From a virus: 64,000 bases of DNA. Location: the IMG/VR virus record IMGVR_UViG_3300020394_000003, positions 64,001 to 128,000 of that record; one strand, given 5' to 3'. The notes beneath the pieces were generated by a model. That model saw nothing but the letters and a program-made list of their open reading frames with translations, was not told the origin of the DNA and did no database searches. The translations under genes and the position numbers were made by a program. Within the stretch, counting starts at the first letter, position 1; each line of letters starts with the position of its first letter. Shown here in pieces: positions 55,529-62,451 of this stretch.

Positions 55529-56641
55529 ATGTCTTCACTGTTAGAACAGGCTATTATCGATGCCACTGCATTAAAAGAGGCTGCATTGAAAAATGCCGAA
55601 GCTGCCGTGCTAGAGAAATACGCACCAGAAGTAAAGAAAGCTGTCGAAGCTCTTTTGGAGCAACCCGAAGACCCAATGGCAGACCCAACAGCTGCCATGC
55701 CCGGTGCAATGGAAGAGCCCGCCGGCATGGAAACGGATGTTGAACCAGACCTAGCGGCCACAGAGGGAGAGGACATGTGCCCCTGCCCAGATGAAGAGGA
55801 AAGCACTGAAATGGTTATTGACTTTGATGAGCTATCTAGTTTTGTAAAAGGTGAGAAACCTGCCCAAGATCAACAAGATCTTGCAGCTGCCATGCCTCCC
55901 ATGCAAGAAGAGGTCGAGATTTCAGACGATTTGCTAGATAATATCTTAAGCGCTCTTACTGAAGAAAAAGGTGAGAAGGGAGATGCTGATCCTCTTGATG
56001 GCGAACGTGCTAAATTCGACAAGGACCACGATGGGGTTCCTGACGGAGCAGATAAAGATAAGGACGATCCTGATGTCAAGGAGTCCATTGATGAAGACGA
56101 GCTTACTGCCATGGTTGAAAAGATGGTGGTAGATATGGCTTCTAAGAAAACAGGGTGGCTAGGCGTTTCAGAGGGTGACATGGCCCACGAAGCTGAACTT
56201 GAACTAGCTCGCCGTCAATCAACAGAATTTAAAGAGGAAAACGAAGCTCTGAAGAAAGCTACTGCAGAATTGCAGGAAAAGCTTACTCGCTACGAAGATA
56301 CTCTAAACAAGTTAAAGAATAAATTAGATGAAACCAATCTTAATAATGCAAGATTGTTTTACGCGAACCGCGTTTTGAAAAGTGGCTCCTTGAATGAGCG
56401 GCAAAAAAATAAAGTTGTCAATGCTATTTCAAAGGCAGGTTCAGTTAAAGAAGCGAAGGTCATTTATGAAACCCTTCAAGACACAGTGGGCTCCACGCCG
56501 GATCGCCGCGGACCACAATCACTGCGTGAAGCTGTTACTAGACCCTCTTCTATTATGTCATTGCGAGAAAATCGTGACCGACATGAAAAAGCTGATCCAG
56601 TTTCTGAGAGAATGAAACTTCTCGCAGGTATTAAAAAATAA
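55529..56641 (+). CDS. Prohead scaffolding/core protein (gp22-like position)
   Basis: Acidic, coiled-coil, many L-x-E protease sites; ends RMKLLAGIKK; directly precedes the major capsid gene. Confidence 0.75.
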   Translation: MSSLLEQAIIDATALKEAALKNAEAAVLEKYAPEVKKAVEALLEQPEDPMADPTAAMPGAMEEPAGMETDVEPDLAATEGEDMCPCPDEEESTEMVIDFDELSSFVKGEKPAQDQQDLAAAMPPMQEEVEISDDLLDNILSALTEEKGEKGDADPLDGERAKFDKDHDGVPDGADKDKDDPDVKESIDEDELTAMVEKMVVDMASKKTGWLGVSEGDMAHEAELELARRQSTEFKEENEALKKATAELQEKLTRYEDTLNKLKNKLDETNLNNARLFYANRVLKSGSLNERQKNKVVNAISKAGSVKEAKVIYETLQDTVGSTPDRRGPQSLREAVTRPSSIMSLRENRDRHEKADPVSERMKLLAGIKK

Positions 56642-56667
56642 CATTACATTCAAGGAGAAAATAAAAA

Positions 56668-58503
56668 ATGTCTATTCTTAATAAACTTACTGAAGGCATT
56701 GTCGAGCGTGACCTCTCCCGAGAGTCACATGCGCTTCTCACCAAGTGGGAGCGTACAGGCCTTCTTGAAGGTTTGACCAACGACCGCGACCGTAACGCCA
56801 TGGCCCGTCTCTTAGAGAACCAAGCCAAGGAGCTACTTCGTGAGTCTACCAGCATGAGCGCTGGTGATGTTGAGGGTTTTGCCTCTGTTGCATTCCCCAT
56901 CGTCCGTCGCGTTTTTGCGGGACTCGTTGCTAACGAGCTAGTCTCTGTTCAGCCAATGAGCCTCCCATCTGGTCTCATCTTCTTCCTCGACTTCAAGTTC
57001 AGCCCCAACATTGCTGACGCAAACGACCTTTCGACTGATGTTCGTACTGATGGTCTTTTTGGACAATCTAACGACAAGTCGATCTATGGTACAGACAAGG
57101 TAGGTAGCCAGATCACTGGTGGTGTCAACCTAGTCGGAACTTACGGTGATGATCAGTCTGGTCCTCGTACAACCGTTGGTTACGCATATGGTAGCCCCTC
57201 TGGTTCTGCAATTCTCGACGCCGCGGATTCTGATGTAAACCATCACCACGTTCGCGCTTGCTTCGCACTTAACAACGTTACTGAAGCTCAGAAGAAACTG
57301 ATCATGTACGATCCCGATCTTCTTGCCCTTTCAGGCTCTGGCACAGCTGCTGCTGTTCTCGTTGTTTCGGTCGACAAGAGCATTCTCACTAGTTCTGCTG
57401 GTGCGGAAGCTGACTTCGATAACCTTGGAGCGTTTAGCCTTCATGATATCAACAACTTTACTCAAGTTGGTACCGGAGCTAGGCAGGTTCGTCGCCTTAC
57501 TCGTATGCAGGATTCCGACGAGACCACCACAGAACGTGTTCTTTTCACTGTCGTAGGTGCAAACGGCGCCGCTGGTGTTAACCAATCTGGCGTAGCTGCT
57601 TCCGGTTCTATTGTTGGCGGATCTGACGTTACTATCCGATTCCCAATCCGTGATCAGCTTACTGCTTCCGACGCCCTCGGCGCGGTTGTTGGTGCTACAC
57701 CTTGGGGACTTGAGAACGAAGCGTCGATTCCAGAAATCGACATTCAGGTTGACAGCATCGCTGTTACCGCACAGACCAAGAAGCTCAAGGCGAAGTGGAC
57801 CCCCGAACTCGGTCAGGACCTCAACGCTTATCACAACCTCGATGCTGAGGTTGAGCTTACCAGCATTCTCTCTGAGCAGATCGCTCTTGAGATTGATCGT
57901 GAGATCCTTGCTGACTTGGTTCGCGGCGCAACCGCTGCAACATACTACTGGTCACGTTCACCCGGTATGTTCCTGAACCGCGAAACTGGCCTTGAGGTTG
58001 GTGCTGCTTCTGCTGCCCCTGACTTCACCGGTACTGTTTCCGAGTGGTACGAGACTCTTGTCGAGACCATTAACGACGTATCTGCTCAGATCCATCGTAA
58101 GACTCTCCGTGGTGGAGCGAACTTCATTGTGTGTTCACCTGAAGCCGCTAACATCCTTGAGTTTACCGCTGGATTCCGTGCTAGCGTCACAGCCGATGAC
58201 GAGCGCGGCACCGTTGGTGCTGTCAAGGTTGGCTCCCTGTCCAAGAAGTGGGACATCCATGTGGATCCTTACTTCCCACGTCAGGTCATCCTTGTCGGTC
58301 GTAAGGGCGGATCATTCCTCGAAAGTGGATATGTGTATGCTCCATACGTCCCGCTGCAAGTCACTCCCACCATCTTTGGACCAGAGGACTTCGTGCCCCG
58401 TAAGGGCGTGATGACTCGTTACGCCAAGAAGATGGTGCGTCCTGATATGTATGGCTTAGTTGTCATCCGTGGAATGGTCGGAGAGTCTGGCGCTACTAGC
58501 TAA
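56668..58503 (+). CDS. gp23: Major capsid protein (T4 gp23-like)
   Basis: LLENQ, PIVRRVF...VSVQPMSLPSGLIF, KLKAKWTPELGQDL.AYH.LDAE.EL, EIDREI, YAPYVPL, GVMTRY; probable cleavage after LLRE (E59). Confidence 0.97.
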   Translation: MSILNKLTEGIVERDLSRESHALLTKWERTGLLEGLTNDRDRNAMARLLENQAKELLRESTSMSAGDVEGFASVAFPIVRRVFAGLVANELVSVQPMSLPSGLIFFLDFKFSPNIADANDLSTDVRTDGLFGQSNDKSIYGTDKVGSQITGGVNLVGTYGDDQSGPRTTVGYAYGSPSGSAILDAADSDVNHHHVRACFALNNVTEAQKKLIMYDPDLLALSGSGTAAAVLVVSVDKSILTSSAGAEADFDNLGAFSLHDINNFTQVGTGARQVRRLTRMQDSDETTTERVLFTVVGANGAAGVNQSGVAASGSIVGGSDVTIRFPIRDQLTASDALGAVVGATPWGLENEASIPEIDIQVDSIAVTAQTKKLKAKWTPELGQDLNAYHNLDAEVELTSILSEQIALEIDREILADLVRGATAATYYWSRSPGMFLNRETGLEVGAASAAPDFTGTVSEWYETLVETINDVSAQIHRKTLRGGANFIVCSPEAANILEFTAGFRASVTADDERGTVGAVKVGSLSKKWDIHVDPYFPRQVILVGRKGGSFLESGYVYAPYVPLQVTPTIFGPEDFVPRKGVMTRYAKKMVRPDMYGLVVIRGMVGESGATS

Positions 58504-58535
58504 TAGTAACGTTTAGACCTTAGAGTCCAAAATTT

Positions 58536-58570
58536 AAAGCCCTCTTTCTTCGGAAAGAGGGCTTTTGTTT
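58536..58570 (+). terminator. Rho-independent terminator after the capsid gene
   Basis: AAAGCCCTCTTTC-TTCG-GAAAGAGGGCTTT then TGTTT; C(UUCG)G loop. Confidence 0.9.
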
Positions 58571-58579
58571 TGCCCTCAA

Positions 58580-58587
58580 ACTACTTA
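58580..58587 (+). promoter_or_regulatory. Putative late promoter motif ACTACTTA
   Basis: Directly downstream of the capsid terminator. Confidence 0.65.
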
Positions 58588-58592
58588 CAGAC

Positions 58593-58660
58593 GAACCTTG
58601 TATGAGGTTCATTCCAAGTTATTGCGCATATTAGAAATGCGGCCGTAATTTTACGGTGAC
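58593..58660 (+). ncRNA. Candidate structured cis-regulatory 5' leader (hairpin plus three-way junction)
   Basis: GAACCTT/GAGGTTC hairpin; then GTTA/TGAC closing the stems CGCAT/ATGCG and CCGTA/TACGG, just upstream of the GGAGG SD. Confidence 0.4.
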
Positions 58661-58686
58661 ACGATTATAAATGGAGGGTTTTTAAC

Positions 58687-59136
58687 ATGGGAAGTAAAAG
58701 AGTAGGACTCGCGAGAATGGAGTCTTTGGTTAAACAATTAAAAAGAGAATTGGCACTCGGCGCAAGCGCTGGTATTAAAATGGGAGCAGATGATTATCTT
58801 GTGCCCTGTTACCCTGATGCTGCATTTGAGGACGCCAGCGGATCAAATCCGGCTTTGTCAGTCGCATGCTATCACTCACGTTGGACAACAAGCGGTTCAA
58901 ATGATGATGCTACGTTGGCAGCCGGCACCGTGCTTGGTCAGATGAAAAAGATTACGCTGGTTTCCGATGGCGGTAATGGTACCGTCACAATCGCAGATCC
59001 GGTATCCGCTAGTTTGGACGTTATCTCGTTTCAAGACGTTGGTGATACAGCAGAGTTGATGTGGAATGGTTCAGCTTGGAGAATTATCTCCCTGCATAAT
59101 ACTGCTTCTGGAGATACTGGTCCAACCGTCGCCTAA
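58687..59136 (+). CDS. Putative capsid decoration/spike protein
   Basis: Own promoter and terminator right after the capsid gene; C-terminal beta domain (TLAAGT..GQMK.I...GDTAELMWNGSAW) resembles the fibre C-terminal domains upstream. Confidence 0.55.
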   Translation: MGSKRVGLARMESLVKQLKRELALGASAGIKMGADDYLVPCYPDAAFEDASGSNPALSVACYHSRWTTSGSNDDATLAAGTVLGQMKKITLVSDGGNGTVTIADPVSASLDVISFQDVGDTAELMWNGSAWRIISLHNTASGDTGPTVA

Positions 59137-59161
59137 ACAAACAAATAAGTTTTCATACTTT

Positions 59162-59194
59162 CCCCCCTTCCCATTCGGGTTGGGGGGTTTTTTT
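59162..59194 (+). terminator. Rho-independent terminator
   Basis: CCCCCC-TT-CCC-ATTC-GGG-TT-GGGGGG followed by T7. Confidence 0.8.
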
Positions 59195-59204
59195 GATAAA
59201 GTTT

Positions 59205-59212
59205 ACTATTTA
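59205..59212 (+). promoter_or_regulatory. Putative late promoter motif ACTATTTA
   Basis: Directly after a terminator, before the AAGGAG SD. Confidence 0.7.
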
Positions 59213-59241
59213 TAAAAGCACCTGTTTAAAAGGAGACTATT

Positions 59242-59613
59242 ATGGGTAAGAAAAGACGGGCACTCTCATCGCCCCAAAAATTTAAAGCTAGATACCGACA
59301 GTTGAGAGGCACCCCCTCTACTACGGCAAGTACGGACAACTCAGTAATGATTGCTAAACTAGCAGAACAAAAACAAAGGGAAGTAGAGACCCCTACCCCA
59401 GTTGTGGAAGAGGTACTAAACGCAGCAGAAGTTGAGCCAGCAGTTGAGCCAGTTGCTGAAGCTGTCGTAGAAACACCAACAGTGGCCCCTGCCGTTACAG
59501 CACCGACAATTAAGAAAACAAGCAGTACACGATCTAGAACTAGCACAAGAAAAAAATCTACGCGCACCCGTAGAACTAAGGCTAGTAAAGCAGACTCTAC
59601 CAAAGCTGAGTAA
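59242..59613 (+). CDS. Low-complexity protein with basic termini and an acidic Pro/Val/Glu/Ala core
   Basis: MGKKRR... start; VEPAVEPVAE core; KKTSSTRSRTSTRKKSTRTRRTK tail; strong SD. Confidence 0.65.
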   Translation: MGKKRRALSSPQKFKARYRQLRGTPSTTASTDNSVMIAKLAEQKQREVETPTPVVEEVLNAAEVEPAVEPVAEAVVETPTVAPAVTAPTIKKTSSTRSRTSTRKKSTRTRRTKASKADSTKAE

Positions 59614-59638
59614 AACAAGCCGGTTTCTATATTGCCTA

Positions 59639-59646
59639 ACTACTTA
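59639..59646 (+). promoter_or_regulatory. Putative late promoter motif ACTACTTA
   Basis: Intergenic, before the AGGAGG SD of the neck gene. Confidence 0.6.
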
Positions 59647-59665
59647 TGCTTAGGAGGAATCATGC

Positions 59666-60916
59666 ATGGCTTCACCAACTCTTACACCGTCGAGCAATAC
59701 TAGCGTATCGAGACTACCGCCCACTGGTACTTTGGGCGATGTAGCCTCGTCTTTACCATTTGGAATCTACTCATCAGAATCTGATTTTATTTCAGGAGCA
59801 GTAGATCAGGTGGCTTACACTTACAAAAAGCTTGGTGGTGATATTTTAGATATCGAACTTAAGGCGACGAATGTATATGCCAATTATGAAGAGGCCGTCC
59901 TTGAGTACTCATACATTATCAACACTCATCAGGCTAAAAACGTATTGTCCGATGTTTTAGGCGCTACCACTGGAACTTTTGACCATGACGGTAATTTGAA
60001 ATCAGGGCCAACCGGTGCAAACTTAAAGTTTCCTAGATTTGAATATGCATATGCAAAAAGAATTGCAGATGCTGCGTCTACAGAAGCAGGGGTCGGCGGC
60101 ATTCTGACAGAGTATTCTGCTAGCTTCCAGCTTACTGATGGTGTTCAGGACTATGACTTGCAGACCCTACTGTCTGAATCGGCCAGCGATTCAAGCTCAG
60201 CATTTAATGGCCTGATCAACGACAACAAAGTTCAGATTAGGAGAATCTATTACACCTCTCCTAGGGCAATGTGGAGATTTTATGGATATTACGGCGGTGT
60301 AAGTGTTGTGGGCAATATGAACACTTATGGCCAGTTTGCTGACGATTCAACGTTTGAAGTAATTCCAACTTGGCAGAACAAAATGCAGGCGATTCAGTAT
60401 GAAGACTCGATTTACACAAGAACCTCTCATTATTCATACGAAATTATTAACAATAAGCTAAGATTGTTTCCTGTTCCAACAACTGACTTTGGGCCTTCTA
60501 AAATGTGGGTTACGTTTACGGTCAAGAAAGACGTTTTTGAAGAATATAGCGATAGAAAATCCGGCATTGAAGGCGTAAACAACATGAACACCATGCCATT
60601 TGACAACATTCCGTATGCAAACATTAACGCAATCGGTAAACAGTGGATTCGTCGGTTCGCCTTGGCACTCTCCAAGGAGACATTGGCGCAGGTTCGTGGA
60701 AAATTTCAAACTGTTCCAATCCCGGGTGAAACAGTAACCTTAAATTCATCGGAACTAGCGAACCAAGCGCAAACAGAGCAGGAAAAATTAAGAACTGAAC
60801 TAATGCAATTGCTCGATCAAATGACATACTCTGCTCTCATGGAAGATGATCAGAAAATAGCCGATGCCGCCGCCGCAATCAATGCGACTGTGCCTTTAAA
60901 GATTTATGTGGGGTAG
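59666..60916 (+). CDS. gp13: Neck/head-tail adaptor protein (T4 gp13-like)
   Basis: KLGGDILDIEL, QDYDL, WIRRFALALSKETLAQVRGKF..P.PG..VTLN. Confidence 0.8.
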   Translation: MASPTLTPSSNTSVSRLPPTGTLGDVASSLPFGIYSSESDFISGAVDQVAYTYKKLGGDILDIELKATNVYANYEEAVLEYSYIINTHQAKNVLSDVLGATTGTFDHDGNLKSGPTGANLKFPRFEYAYAKRIADAASTEAGVGGILTEYSASFQLTDGVQDYDLQTLLSESASDSSSAFNGLINDNKVQIRRIYYTSPRAMWRFYGYYGGVSVVGNMNTYGQFADDSTFEVIPTWQNKMQAIQYEDSIYTRTSHYSYEIINNKLRLFPVPTTDFGPSKMWVTFTVKKDVFEEYSDRKSGIEGVNNMNTMPFDNIPYANINAIGKQWIRRFALALSKETLAQVRGKFQTVPIPGETVTLNSSELANQAQTEQEKLRTELMQLLDQMTYSALMEDDQKIADAAAAINATVPLKIYVG

Positions 60917-60920
60917 TTAG

Positions 60921-61418
60921 ATGGGTGATGAAAACAATAAATGGTCACAACCAGACGCACCCCCTCCACCATTATTCACGGGTAAGAAAGAAAGGGATTT
61001 AGTAAAGCAAGTAAACGACGAATTGATTGAAAGAGTGATTGGTCAAACGATTGTCTATTATCCAATCGATGTCGAGCATACTGAATTTCATGATCTATAT
61101 GGCGAAGCTCTACAGAAGTCCTTTCTGCCCCCAGTCAGAGTGTATGCGCTAGTTAATTTTGAAGGAATTGAAACAGAGTATAATGTAGGAGTTGGTTTAG
61201 ACAAGACTTCTAGTATTACAGTGCATTTTCACAAAAGAAGATTAACGGAAGACCAAGACCTTTATGTCAGAGAGGGCGATTTTGTGCGTTATGGCAATAT
61301 TTATTATGAGATTGTAACGCTTTCTGAACCGAAACAATTATTTGGACAGATAGATCACAGGATTGAAATTTCTGCTAAATGCGTTAGAGCAAGAGAGGGA
61401 TTGTTTGATGCCACCTAA
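60921..61418 (+). CDS. gp14: Neck/head closure protein (T4 gp14-like)
   Basis: ELIERVIGQTIVYYP...LYGE...EGDFV...YYEIV...QLFGQ; follows the gp13-like gene. Confidence 0.75.
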   Translation: MGDENNKWSQPDAPPPPLFTGKKERDLVKQVNDELIERVIGQTIVYYPIDVEHTEFHDLYGEALQKSFLPPVRVYALVNFEGIETEYNVGVGLDKTSSITVHFHKRRLTEDQDLYVREGDFVRYGNIYYEIVTLSEPKQLFGQIDHRIEISAKCVRAREGLFDAT

Positions 61419-62349
61419 ATTTATTACGCCCAAGGGAGAAAAAAGGAAGCTCGATCTAGAGAGTAAAACGCCACCAGAGGAAGTCGAATTTGAAATGGCG
61501 CCTTCAACTTTAGAAACCATCGACAGGGCCTTTTATGGTTATGTTGACGAAAGAATCGACGCATTTGTCACAACCGGAACAACATTCAAAAAAGTCCCAG
61601 TAATTTGGCAGTCTGCCGAGCGCGCCTTTCAAATTAAAAGCGACAAGGGCGTGAGAGATAAGGACGGTAACATCAGAATGCCAGTGATCACAATTGAGAG
61701 AACTTCGGTTGTGAAAGATCCGCAGCAGCATGGTAAACTAGTTGCAACTTTGGCCCCACTAGAGACCGTTAATGGCGGGTCATGGACAGTAGCTAGAAGA
61801 ATCAATCAAGAAAAAACCGCCATGTTTGCCTCAAACGTATCTTTGAAAAAAACAGGCGGCGATATCGGCAAAGCAAGTCTCCCGAGCACAATGTCATCAA
61901 AGGCACAAAAGTATTTTCCGGTTGATAATAAGCAGATCGTGTACGAATCAATATCAGTACCCTTACCAATATACGTAAACGTTAGCTACACTGTCATTAT
62001 CAAGACTCTCTACCAACAGCACATTAATGAAATTTTAATGCCGTTTATTACAAAAACAGGCAACTGGAATATTGCAGAAATCGAGTATGATAGCCACACA
62101 TATGAAGCCTTTTTGCCAACAGAGTTTGGCGCAAATAATAATGTTTCCGACCTAGGAGAAAACGAAAGATTATTTGAAACAAAGTTCGATGTAAGAGTAT
62201 TGGCCTACTTAATAGGGCAGGGTCCAAACCAAGAGGGCCCAGAGCAGGGAATCGTGGAGAATATTGTCAAAGTTCGACTACCCCGAGAGCAGGTGATATT
62301 CGAAGACCCACACCCCCGAGCACACAAGGACCAATTTTATAAAGAGTAA
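61408..62349 (+). CDS. gp15: Tail terminator/sheath stabiliser (T4 gp15-like)
   Basis: Likely start ATG 61408 (GAGG SD); KVPVIW..AER, MPVITIERT, P.PIYVNVSY; lies between the neck genes and the sheath. Confidence 0.7.
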   Translation: MPPKFITPKGEKRKLDLESKTPPEEVEFEMAPSTLETIDRAFYGYVDERIDAFVTTGTTFKKVPVIWQSAERAFQIKSDKGVRDKDGNIRMPVITIERTSVVKDPQQHGKLVATLAPLETVNGGSWTVARRINQEKTAMFASNVSLKKTGGDIGKASLPSTMSSKAQKYFPVDNKQIVYESISVPLPIYVNVSYTVIIKTLYQQHINEILMPFITKTGNWNIAEIEYDSHTYEAFLPTEFGANNNVSDLGENERLFETKFDVRVLAYLIGQGPNQEGPEQGIVENIVKVRLPREQVIFEDPHPRAHKDQFYKE

Positions 62350-62372
62350 AATGGAGATTCAGCCAAACGGCT

Positions 62373-62380
62373 ACTATTTA
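62373..62380 (+). promoter_or_regulatory. Putative late promoter motif ACTATTTA
   Basis: Intergenic, before the tail sheath gene. Confidence 0.65.
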
Positions 62381-62451
62381 TTATACGACAAGGCTCGATA
62401 TGTGCAACACACATTGAATGAAGAATTTTAGTTTTAAGGAGTTAAACAAAT

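Noticed and set aside
51899-58411. Multiple antisense and alternate-frame ORFs over the 51885 fibre gene and the capsid gene (e.g. 51899..52390, 57331..57834, 57992..58411)
   Set aside because: Expected shadows of strong codon bias in highly expressed genes; I saw no SD, promoter or recognisable motifs.
58593-58660. Leader considered as a tRNA or a hammerhead ribozyme
   Set aside because: No T-loop (TTCRA), anticodon arm or CCA end, and no CUGANGA/GAAA hammerhead core.
59226-59618. Minus-strand 130-aa ORF
   Set aside because: Mirror of the low-complexity + strand gene, which has the promoter motif and SD.
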